In this document: positions 52,901 through 63,387 of the stretch, piece by piece
Position numbering within the stretch: the stretch's first letter is position 1
Layout: each line of letters starts with the position of its first letter
NCBI RefSeq assembly: GCF_032444005.1
Contig: NC_091288.1
Span: forward strand, 207,948,001-208,012,000
Length of the DNA: 64,000 bases
Reading direction: 5' to 3'
From: Ranitomeya imitator
Lineage: Eukaryota
The notes under the pieces: generated by a model
The model's database searches: none
What the model saw: the letters and a program-made list of their open reading frames with translations, nothing else
What the model was told of the DNA's origin: nothing
Translations under genes and position numbers: made by a program

Positions 52901-55900
52901 TCGGCCTACATTCTAAGCTGTAAAGACATTACTGTACAAAAAAAAGTATATTCTTACAGCTTTTCATAAAAGTTGCAGTTGGCATTGATAACTCCGGGGA
53001 CGTTTAGCTGCTCCAATGTTATCAGTTTTATAGAGTTGTTGAATCGAACACTGAACCATATATCCGTATCAGAGTTATTGAGAAGGTTAGAATTTGACAC
53101 AAAAATTGGCCACACGGTCTCGAAGACAGCAAGATTGATATCATCCTACAAAACAAATAAAGCATAAGAAACAATTATTCTGTGGGTATTTAAAGAATTA
53201 TTAAGCAAAGTAGAAAATCCTCTTTTGGTGCAGGATTGCATAACACTCTCAGCTCCTCATGGCAAAAGATGGACAATCTATTGTTTCCATGCCTTGGTAG
53301 AATATTACAAAGGCCTGACCTTTAGTCTGCACCCTCTTATTTGCCATTATCATGAATGTTTTCAAGTGTAGAGATTCCTATGGTAGAAAAATTAGCAGAC
53401 ACTCTCTATGCTAGATGTATTGTTGGTCTATGAAACCTCCAAATCTCCCAAATCCAGCAAGGAAAAAAGTATTGAGATGTAACCTGAACATATTTAACTT
53501 CTTATCCCTTAGTTCCCGACATCTGTTTTGGTCACAAGACCTTTTACAACATCACAAAAATGTTTCTTTAAACAATATTTGTAAGTTTTCCCCAATTTGT
53601 TCCATATAAATTACATAATGCAAAGTCAGGTAGCTTGTAAGAGATGCGACTATTAATGCTAACTTTTCAGAAGTTCGGTTATAAATTGGAGTCATAAACC
53701 AAATCATGATGCTTCCTCTAATAATAGCCTTCATCAGATTTGGGTTCTTTTTGCAAATTTCTCCCGAGTTTGCATTCTTACCGTTTTAATATTGAGCCGG
53801 TCTATGACTTCTCCCAACTTGCTAATGTCTGTGTAATGCGAAAGAATTATTGACCATAGAGTACTATTTGTGTTAGTGTCAGGCTGCAGATAGAAGACCA
53901 AGTCCTGTGGCTTCAATGAGTTCAGTTTCTGGAAATAGAAATGACAGAACAGCTGTTAAACGCGAAGGTAGGGACTCTGAAATTGGTTGCCTATATCAGC
54001 AATGGTTTGTTTGGAAGTTTTTGGCTTTTAGCGTTAGTCATAGTGCGTCCACATTTAGCGAGGCAGTAGATAAGGAAATGTAGAGGACCTCATAGCATAA
54101 TAAAATGCTATGCCAACCCATGGTTACCTGTTAGGTCCATCACTCTGGCCCAGGTCATCCCTGTGCTGTATCTGTCTTCAGTTTTAGGAACAAAAATTAA
54201 TTGTCTACACCTTTTAACATACTTACTGTGAGGAGCTGCTCATTTTGAAGAAGAGACACTAAGTCCTCAGGGTTTAAGAGAGCTGAGGATGCCTCAAAAT
54301 ACTGGTCAATGAATAGCTGAAGGTCATCAAATTTGTCACATTCCAAGGCAGATCCTATTAGGGGAATGTAAACATGAAGGAGTTATTGATATTTAGGAGA
54401 CTGTTGCTCTTGTATCAATCATTCATTTTTAATACCAGGTTTATTACAGATTTTTTTTTTAGATTTTGTACATAGAGCAAAAAAAGCAACATGTCTTAAA
54501 CACTTATATTAGATATATAAAGTTAATGAACATACTTTTATGGTAATCCAACAAGTACTGATACACTGCTTTCTGTATATTCGACACCAACAGGCCAAAG
54601 GAGGAATTGATGGCTGCGATTCTGAGTGAAAGAACATAAGATGACACATTGTTGGTTTCAGAGAATTAGTTTAGTGTTTCCTGTGACTGATTTGCCCTTG
54701 TTACATTAAGCCCTGTCCTCACCAATATAGTCATATGACTTTGTAGGTCACTGCCTACTAAAAGATCAACATACTCTTCTGCTGCTGTCAACATTTAGGA
54801 AAACTCGAAGAAATCCAGCTCCAGGAAATAGAAATAGTCCTTTGTTTAAAATTGCGAAACAGCTTTATTCAAAAGTAACATGGTAAAAAATTTGAACTCA
54901 ACAAACAAGTGGCAGAGGAGAGGATCACATCTCAGCACTTCACTGTACACGTTTCGAACACTGTTGTGTCCATACTGAAGACTAAGAACACAACAGTGTT
55001 CGAAACGCGTTCAGTTTGTCGAGTTCACATTTTTTACCATGTTAATTTTTTAATAAAGCTGTTTCGAATTTTAAACAAAGGACTATTTCTATTTCCTGGA
55101 GCTGGATTTCTTCGAGTTTTCCTGTATCTACCACGTCACTGGCTGGACGTTTATCCTTGCTCGGATGTCTCCAATATACTTGGATCGTGTTGGATGAGCT
55201 GAAATATTTTTCTTTTGTACATAGTGCTGTCAACATTTACATTATTTGATCGGGACTTTCCTAACTGAACTTTATGAATGAAGACTTATGCTACTACAAC
55301 TATTTTCATTAACTCATTAGTTATTTTACAGATTTGTGCTGTATGGTCTACATTCGGATTGCAATACTGCTGGATCTCTTGACCGGAATGTAGTGCTTGA
55401 CAATTCGTACAGATTAGGAGATTCTCCTGTTGATCTAGTCATTGCAATCTGAACACGGACCGTATTTCATGGTTGTGTGATGCTGTCATTAGTCGCATAG
55501 TATATTTTCCCATCACACACATTATAAAAAAAAACCAAAGCCCAATACTTAGTAAAATAAAGCCATAAGTGCGTAAGCCACTACCTCCCAAGAGATCAAC
55601 ACATTTCTCTTCTGCTTCTATCATCGTTTCCACAACTACTAACCGGAGGCTCTACATATAGACAAATTAAGCAGGACCAATGAAAATATAATGATCAGCA
55701 TTTCATTGCTGTAAAATCATCTATTATATTTGCAACTTACATTCCCTGGGCAGTTTCACAGCTAATGTCTTTAGGGAACTGAGAGATGGTTGGCTCTGTG
55801 ATTTCCAGCGAAAACATATTGGCCATTATTTGGAAATTATCCAGCCATTGTTGTTCGATGCTGGAACTCCAGAATTTCTGAAGAACATCCCACACAGCTG

Positions 55901-58900
55901 AGAAAATGGCAGATTTTGTGCCGTTCTGAAGAACCGCTGAATTTGCACACAAAGATGTGCCAGATGATGGCGAAGAGTTCTGCTTAGGGAGTAAAAAAAA
56001 AAGTTTTGTTTTTCAATCTACCCTATAATTAGTATGTATACCCTATAGTGTAAGGTAATACTTACCGCACACACATAGCTTTGCAGTTGGGCAATGTATT
56101 CATTTAACTCTGTCAGTGACTTCAATTGCTTGATATTGGTTATTACGATTCCATTTAGAGTTATGTTTTGGATGGCGTCCGCTGTTATCGTTATATCAGC
56201 AAGGTTGGTGGGTGTGATGGTTGCACTAAATTCCAGCTGGAAGGAGGGATATCAATCAGTAAATGTGGAAAAAATTATGGTGTATAGGATGCAGCGGACC
56301 ATAATACAGTCCAAATTTCGGTTGCGTCAGCATATACAGCATGCTAAACCCAATCATTGCTATTATTGTGGCTCTGTTCCTCCTAACTCTTAGGTAGAAC
56401 AATTACATTTGCTGTTTATTTGCTCTCGGTGTGGATAGGCTTTCTATGCCTGAAGATACCCAGGACACCTTTTCTTTGCTAAAATCATTTTTTTTTCAAT
56501 AGAAAATTGTTTGTTCTGTATATTGAAAATATCATACCTGAAAAAGGAATATTTTTGACATCATAGATAAATATTCAGATCAATAGGTTACATTTCCATT
56601 GGCTGCAGTCATAGATTTTACCAGCTAGACAGACTCAGCAAAACCATTGTGAGGACCCTATCAAACAGTTTAAATGTCCAGAACATAAAAATGAATATTG
56701 AGAGTCGGGGCCCAATGTTAGACCCTGTTAAAGCTAACTTCGGTCACTTCTGAATTTATATTTTTTAGTGGAGTTTAATGGGGTTATCATCTATCCACGG
56801 GAAAGGTGAACACCTATTGATTGGCAGGGTCCGACCATGGGAACCTAAACTGATCAGCAGAACGAGGACTTTATATCCTTGTTAGGGCACTTTTTCCTCT
56901 GTTATAGCAAGGGGTGGCAGGTCGGATGCCCAATCGCTGTTTCTATATGCGCTAACAGAAAAAAAATGAGTGCAGCGATTGACTGCTCCATAGAGATTGA
57001 ATGGAACAGCGGTCAAGCATGCACACTGCTGCGCCATTCCATAACGGGGATAAAAGTACCTGTCTTGCAGATGGGTGCGGGTCCCATTGGTGAGACACCG
57101 ACCAGCCTATAATTATCACCAATCCCGTGTAACGATTACATATTTTATTATATGACCGTCCTCACCTTTGTAAGATTTGCATTGAAAATACTTAGGTCCT
57201 CATAACTTGCTTCTATAACAAACTTTCCAAAGTTGAGCGCAAGCCAAGTTCCTTGATTCACAGTATCACAAGCCACACCTGCAAAAAAAATAAGTTTTAG
57301 AAATGGTTCGAAAAAGTTAATGCTTGAAATATTCAAGCTCTAACAATGCCTCCTCGGGACACGACGTATCAGTACACAATTCTTCCTAAATGCTAAATTG
57401 TAATAACATGCAATTTTATTGAAGTACAAGATTGTCTGAGTTGTGCGGTGGTACAGATTGTACAATGTAAATAATATTTTCTAGTCTCGTAGCTGCGATT
57501 CTAAAAGTCTCATTTAAAGATCTTAATTTTTCAGGCTTTCTCATGAGTACCGTGAGTCTACCTGGCGTCCCATCCCCAACGATCTGTTATTCATGACCTA
57601 TCCTAAAGATAGGCCATCGTTATTAAAACACCTGACAACCCCTGAAAACACTTGAGCATAGAAGCAACATAGCGTGCAGTGTACATTTACCTGTAGGGAA
57701 GGACTGATGACCCATAAAGTTCTTAATAAAAGAATTATAAATGTCCATTTTAGTCTCGTTTGTCAGGGCTGTGAAAACTAAGCTGAATCCTTTAACTCTG
57801 TGTTAAAAAGAAAAAAACATAATTACAAATATGTAAATTTATGTGAAATAATATAACAAAAATAAATAATACCATAGTACAATCAGAGTATTGCTACTTT
57901 TTAGGACACTTTATTTTTAGATTTAATCTTTTCAATCAATTCTTTAACACTCCTTATCCTGCTGGTATCTTTATGGTACTCACATGGCTTGGAAGGAAGA
58001 GCAGGGAATGCTTATAGGTAGCATTTGAAGAGTTGTTTGGTTAAAATATGGAATCAAGATGGCCAATTGCACCTCAAACAAAACTGTCCATTGTTGAGGG
58101 CTGTAGGAAGAAAAGTTGGACTGAAGTTGCTGAAGCTGCGTTGTCAGAAGAGTTCTGCGTATGGTTGCCACTTGATCCATAGTTAGATTTGCCTTTTTAG
58201 GGACACAAATATTTTTTACAAAGTTTTGTTAAATGAGCCAAAATTTGGAATATGAAAACTTGGTTTCATTGCTTTAAACCAAATGCCCGTCGGCACATAC
58301 CTTTTCTGATGAAGATACCAATGCATTTACAAAAACGGTAACATTTTCCAGGTTTATCTTTCTTAGATATGAAATAAGCAGTGTTTCGTTAGCCAGAACC
58401 TCAGGGCCGGTTACTGAGATAGCCATGGAGGCCAAAAATACAGCACCCTACAATAAATACATTGTGTTCATAATCCATGACATATAGCGTATTCTCTGTC
58501 ACATAGTTATGGAATATGTCCGGAATATTGATCATTCTCTTATTAGTTGTTTTTAAACCCCTATTAAATTTAATTTATTCTTAAAAGTATCGTCCACTTT
58601 CTTTTAACAAATGTATTGGGGACAGGATCGTTTTGTGCGTACTGATGTTCTTCTGCACTTGTTGGTGTAGCCTTTATCATACTGCACAAAGCTTCTGCTT
58701 CCAAATGGCCACATATGGAGGGGCATGTGAGAAGACCTGTCCCTCCGCCACTGCCAATTAGAAAACACTACGCATACGAAAGTTATTACCCAATTGGAGG
58801 AGGCTAAAGGACTGCCCTTATCGTTTGCTTTTTCATTAACTAGAATTTAAAAAACATGAGCCCTGAACACCCTAAGAGAAAAGCTGGACTAGAAAGTGCA

Positions 58901-61900
58901 GTAGTGAAACCTATCAACTTTATACAGTTTATTAATAAGTGCCTCAAAATCATGTTGTCAACCTGTTTGTGTTGACGTTGTATGTTGAATTAGACCAGTC
59001 CGTTGCCTCTATCATTAAACAAAGCCATTGTCTGTAGCTTCAACTAACATTGCATATTATAGATGCCATACCAAAGGAAAGTCTGAGCCAAAAGGATTTA
59101 TCTGCTGATTAGCAACAAACGTTCTAAATGGTGTTTCTGTATTTTTAATAAATGCATCTCGGCACGGATATTGTGAAACAATCGCATATTAGTACAATAG
59201 CATGTAATATATGTTTAATATATGTAATATAATAATATGTTCTCAGAAATGCACAGTCTCATTGAAAGAGTTACATGGTCCATTTACAGCAAATTTTTTT
59301 CACTTTTTCTCCAAAGTCCATCTTAAATTTCCATTTTCAACTATATCTCTAAAGTGAAATGTATCTATCTTTCCATGTATATGATCTTTATATGGAGGAT
59401 TTGTCATCTGAGATCCCAGGTCTATTTTTTGACTATTACATTGAAAAGTACTAAAAAGAATAAAAAGAAACATAGATATGATATCTATCTATTCATCTAT
59501 CCATCTATCTATCTATCTATCTCTCTATCCATCTATCCATTCATCTATCCATCTATCTATCGTCATAGAAAATATTTTTTTTTAAATCTTTGAAGTCACT
59601 CATACCCACCCTCTCTCCCATTTTCTTCTCATTTGCCGTAATGAAACAAGAGCTGGCAATCTAGATGACACTCTTGGAATAGACTACTACATGTAGGAGA
59701 TTGATCCAGCCACTGTATACTTGAGAGAATTCTGTGCAGAGTTTTGAGGAATCAGACTCAGTGTTTTTAGTATTTTTTTATCTGGGATATTGCTGTATGT
59801 GTAGCAGCTACATGCCTCCCCTTCTATTGTTTTTCAGTCCTATCTTTTATTTGGAAATTTAGCCACATTTGAAGAGCCCTGGTATAACCAGTAATCCAAG
59901 GACACCCTTATTGCCCTCTGTGCGCAGAGATAGACTAACTCCATGGGCAAAGCGAGGCACCAAATGATTGCTGAACTGTTGCAAGGCGCTGCAGAACCAG
60001 GCTGTCACCAGAGCCCTGATGACGGAGAGGACTGCCCAGGTGCTTATGGTGCTGCGCAGAGGTCCAACCGGTGAATGTCAGCCATGCTCGTAACCAGAGT
60101 ATTGTGGACCCCCTACTGCCGATGGCCTTAAAGCAACTCGATGCAGACGATCGCAAGGGAAGTCTGAACATGATTCAGCAACACTGACAGGCCCCAGCTG
60201 AGTGGGAGCGGGAAGAGAGGCATTACCAGCTGGAGTTAGCCCAAATCCAGCCTCAGAGATCTTCCCCATCCGGCAGTGAGTCCAGCAATGCCAACTGCTT
60301 TAAACCCTGTCCCGAGCATGTTCCTGTGATGGACAAGGATGGGGACTTGGACATATTTGCCTGCATGCAGTACCAGCTGCCTCAAGAACAGGGTGCCCGA
60401 TATTTAACTCCGTGGCTACAAGGAAAAGCTTTGGAGGTGTTTGCTTCTCTCCCTCGAAACCAAGATAGAGACTGAGGCCATCAAGTGGTCACAATAGCCT
60501 CGTTTGTCTGGAGAGGCAAAAGATGAACCCCACACCTGAAGCCCCGGACCTAGTGCAGACATTCTTTTTGTGGGTGGGGCAGATGGGAGAGCCCGTGAGA
60601 ATTTGCAACCGCTTACTGTGGGCCACACCATTGCTGTTGGACTTAAGGACACTGGTACAGAACGTTTTCTCATCCACCCTGACTTTGTGTTACCGGAGGA
60701 ACACATTCCTGGGAAGACCCTTACTGTAACCGGTTTTGGGGGTGTTCGCCATCTGTTACCAATGGCCCTTGGAATTTCTATGCATCCGGTATTAATGAAA
60801 CATATATTTTTCGCACTGGGGCTAACAAAGGAAAAATATACATGTTTTCTCATAAATATAATCCCCGCCCAAAGGCCCCAAAGCCATAGAGGCCATATAA
60901 CTGGGAACCGCTATGCCATGTTTAGTCTCTCAGTAAACATACAATCCCAATAAAAAATGAGACGTCAGTTTCAAAGTTCTGTGGTTGTCCGGTAAGGAGT
61001 TATCGCATAAGTTGGGATTTCATAAAATCATGAAGGGATGAGACCAGCACACAAACCGGCCCATGTGAGGTCGTCATGGGGGTTGTGTGGGTGGCACTCA
61101 GGGTCTGATAAGAGATCCAGCTGAATTATGATCTGGGTTCGTGTACATATTATGTCTGCAGAGACCTCGTTTACTCAACGGTAAATCGAGGTGCTCTTCT
61201 TTGGCTAAACTGAATTGTCTCTGCGATCAGCGTAGTAAATTCTCTTTTTAATCCCTTTTATTTTCTGTAACTGTATATGCTGTGTTGTTTTGTCCCACTT
61301 GTAAAACCTTTTCTATATTTTTCAGAAACACTGCCTCCCTTTGGATTAAATATAAAATTTAATAGTTCTGTTCCTTTTGTTCTGTAAACACACCTTGAAG
61401 CCATATGCTACCTTAAATGGCGTTCAATCGGCCGAAAACGGATTGGTGGTGGCAACGAGTAGTCTGGGATTAGTGTGAAGTTAGCGGTGACAGTACTGGG
61501 GTATATACACATATTCCATATGTTGGGATCTGTAGGTGTATATGCCATACGCTCAATGTTAGTTTTACAATAACCGGCCTAGTAGTGCGAACAGCTTGTG
61601 GTCTCCTCCGTTGATCGTCGGCCAATCATGTAATTGTCTGGACGATAGGGGGTAGCAGAGAGCTGTTCACTCCAAAGATCACAGCGGGTGGTACTCGTGA
61701 CCTTCCCGACCTGTGATATTGTGAATTTGTGCGATTAAGAACTTCCTGACACACATATATACTGTATACAATATAAAGTCCAGAAACTATGGGCATTCAC
61801 TTACCTCTGTAAAAGTTTTGTTGTAAAAGATTGATTCCTCTGCTGTACAATATTTAAAAAAATAAGCAAAATTATTCTGAATCCAGATATCGTAGTCAAC

Positions 61901-63342
61901 AGCGCCACAAGCGAAATCTGTAGATGAACAAAAGGGACAATCTTGCCTCGTCAAAAGATTATAAAAATATGGCATCAAATCAGGAGAAATACTTAGTAGC
62001 GTATGTATATTTTGTAGTATGATTATCATATGTTGATCCTTACCTGCCGAAGTTGCTTGTTGAGTCATATATCTTTGAATGAAGTAATTGTAGATATCTC
62101 TACCGGTGTCATCGCTCAGCGCAGAAGAATCAAGACTAAATCCTTTTACTCTGTGTCAAGAAATAAAGATGAAAATTATGTATCAGGATTTCATCATAAT
62201 ATTGTTGTTTTGAAAGTTTTCTTTTTTTTTTGTTTTAAAAGACGATAGGTTTCTATTTCTCCATATACACTTGGTACTTACATGGCTTGATAGGAACTGC
62301 AGGAAATGTTTGTCGGCAGGAGCTCAAGTAAGGTTGCGTTGAAATATTGGATCAAAAGTGTTAAGCGGATCTGAAACAAAACCTGCCATTGCTCTGTGGT
62401 ATAACTAGAGAAGCTGGACTGAAGTTGCTGAAGCTCCACAGCCAGGAGAGTTTGTTTTACTTTGTCTACCAGCTCCAGAGACAGATTTGCCTATGAAAAT
62501 AAAAAAAGTTTTCAGTAAAACAAGTCCAACCTAACCGGCACTCTACTATTAGTCTTTGGTGTGACTGTTAAATTATTCTCAAACTGAAAATGTTGTGATC
62601 ATCTTGAATTTCATAAACCTCGGTTTAATCATCACAATCGCTTACCTTTCCTGCTGCGGTTGTCAGAGCAGTCAAGAAGACGGTGACATTGTCTAATTGC
62701 ACCTTACTTAAATATGAAATGAGCAAGGTTTCATTCTGAAGAACATCTGTCTTGGTCACAAGGTCAACCACAACATTTGGTGTGAGAGCATTCTGGAAAA
62801 AGCACAGTTTTGATTAAAAAAAATCAGCCCTGGCATTCTTAAAAACTAAGTTTCCACATAACCGATCATATACATAAAAATATCAATATATTTCTCTCTG
62901 AAGACACAGTTCAACATGGTACTTTATGACGAACTACTGAAGAGCTGAAGCATTCTTTGAGCCATTAAATTCTTTAAAAATAACTGTGCATCTTTTAACT
63001 TATGGTGTTGTATTTGTTTCCTGCATACAACAATATCGAACGTGAGGTAAATTTACCCAAATTCAGTTAAAACTTAGCAAAAATGCCAATAACCTCTAAT
63101 TCAAGATTTTCTTGCCCTTTAGATATTGGCACCTACTGCAGTAAGTGTATAAACTGGAAACGCGAAAGTAACCACTTGAATAAAGGCTATAACCTTAGTC
63201 CTTGTTAATCTATTTGGATATCCACCTACCTGGGTAAGGTTTTTATTGTAAATTATCAATTCCTCTGTGGTGGCGTACTTGAAAAAATAGTCAAAATTAA
63301 TCTGAATCCAGGTTTCGTAGTCTACAGCGCCACAAGCAATAT
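31813..63342 (-). CDS. Giant mesothelin-family (MSLNL-like) protein with a predicted GPI anchor and tandem N-terminal four-exon repeats; 5'-partial, 36 exons, ~1660 aa in window
   Basis: Exons on the minus strand: 63342-63230, 62792-62646, 62490-62282, 62150-62044, 61917-61805, 58447-58301, 58192-57984, 57797-57691, 57278-57166, 56236-56066, 55982-55741, 54621-54536, 54354-54227, 53928-53782, 53145-52958, 51009-50921, 48913-48798, 48050-47926, 47642-47510, 47383-47171, 47083-46916, 44469-44335, 44242-44193, 42023-41903, 41816-41731, 41408-41285, 41188-41004, 40697-40607, 40530-40410, 39775-39591, 39347-39192, 38435-38302, 37431-37295, 37110-37016, 34187-33998, 31916-31813. Total 4985 nt with no internal stop and compatible phases. 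Motifs LQGFTC, QLSCLANRL, DVLLFL, KANIDLL, LGSLACDL, DPSLWTVSTM, QLQVLKNKLD, WNITTVDTL, LDTSTC, MDLTTF and LGLGVKGG parallel human MSLN (LLGFPC, QLRCLAHRL, DLLLFL, KANVDLL, LGGLACDL, PSTWSVSTM, QLDVLKHKLD, WNVTSLETL, DLDTC, MDLATF, LGLGLQGG). Position and orientation relative to CIAO3 match MSLNL. The symbol is left blank because MSLN versus MSLNL orthology cannot be settled here. Confidence 0.9.
34720..35355. mobile_element. Young, nearly perfect palindromic MITE with TTAA target duplication
   Basis: TTAA|AGGGAACCTGTCACCCCGAAAATCCGGGGTGAGG ... CCTCACCCCGGATTTTCGGGGTGACAGGTTCCCT|TTAA (TTAA at 34716-34719 and 35356-35359). The two ~315-bp arms are almost exact reverse complements. Confidence 0.92.
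36076..36360 (+). mobile_element. tRNA-derived SINE with (TTA)n tail
   Basis: GGGCAGCACGGTGGCTCAGTGGTTAGCAC (A box) and GGTTCAAATCC (B box), ending TGTAAAGCGCTGCG...AATAAA...TTATTATTA. Confidence 0.88.
39900..40216. mobile_element. MITE with internal palindromes
   Basis: TAGGCTGGGTTCA...GTGTGAACCTA ends; internal hairpins GCTAGCGCAGATAGAGC..GCTCTATCTGCGCTAGC and GCGTTAACAGCAGCCC..GGGCTGCTGTTAACGC. Confidence 0.65.
42296..43720. mobile_element. piggyBac-like non-autonomous element fragments
   Basis: TTAACCCCTTAATGACC left end; internal segments homologous to 29790-30350. Confidence 0.6.
44625..45150 (+). mobile_element. L2 LINE 3' end with (AAT)n tail
   Basis: ORF 44633-44860 ends LWNPLPQLIRLSPTIETFKKNLKTHLFRQAYNLQ*. 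The 3' UTR contains a duplicated segment and an AATAATAAT tail. Confidence 0.88.
48975..50170 (+). mobile_element. CR1 LINE 3' part (RT C-terminus), interrupted by a SINE tail at ~49130-49210
   Basis: VDIVYLDFSKAFDKV near 48985; VRPHLEYCVEFWA..KKDIEKLEKVQRRATRMVSGL...YEERL (49657-50094); 3' end ATTCTCTGATTCTAT. Confidence 0.9.
51740..52575 (+). mobile_element. L2 LINE 3' end
   Basis: Reads SCRLQLKNISRIRSFL..AKTLVHALIIS.L.YCNLLLCGLP, then LHWLPI and WNPLPQHIRLSPTIETFKKNLKTHLF, with an (AAT)n tail. Highly similar to 44625-45150. Confidence 0.9.
54798..55224. mobile_element. Penelope-like inverted-repeat insertion with a 15-bp flanking direct repeat
   Basis: TGCTGTCAACATTTA at 54783-54797 and 55225-55239. 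Inverted arms at about 54800-54870 and 55051-55120. Central TTCGAAACGCGTT motif. Confidence 0.6.
59476..59562. repeat. (TATC/CATC)n microsatellite
   Basis: Seen directly: ATCTATCTATTCATCTATCCATCTATCTATCT... Confidence 0.9.
59900..61750 (+). mobile_element. Degenerate Gypsy LTR retrotransposon (Gmr1-like gag/SCAN-like/protease remnant plus probable LTR)
   Basis: QYQLPQEQGARYLTPWLQGKALEVF near 60380; TVGHTIAVGLKDTGT...PGKTLTVTGFGG..LPMA (ORF 60570-60953, DTG protease motif). Stops and frameshifts are present. An LTR-like non-coding segment lies at about 60960-61750. Confidence 0.7.
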
Positions 63343-63387
63343 CTGTGGATGAAAAATGTGAAAAATCATGATTTTTCAAAAGTTTAT

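Larger units (their letters stand above)
48798..63342 (-). other. Tandem four-exon (A-B-C-D) repeat region of the mesothelin-like gene: four full modules plus a fifth A-type exon
   Basis: Exon lengths are 113/147/209/107, 113/147/209/107, 113/171/242/86, 128/147/188/89, then 116. Every module has intron phases 1-0-0-2-1. Recurring motifs: AC(G/D)...W...NF (A); NETLLISYL.K..L.NVTVF (B); ANL...LQQLQS.FSSY...QW..LF...L.....F......LP..I.CSS.QAI (C); VKGFSL....L...T..DIYN.FI (D). Confidence 0.88.

Noticed and set aside
53552-53734. ORF directly after exon 53928-53782 as the next exon
   Set aside because: It would need an intron of only about 50 nt with no polypyrimidine tract. Exon 53145-52958 matches the C-type pattern instead.
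55380-55660. Candidate D exon for module 3 (ORF 55439-55633)
   Set aside because: The phases are incompatible or hit stops. Exon 54621-54536 has strong splice sites and the required phase 2 to 1.
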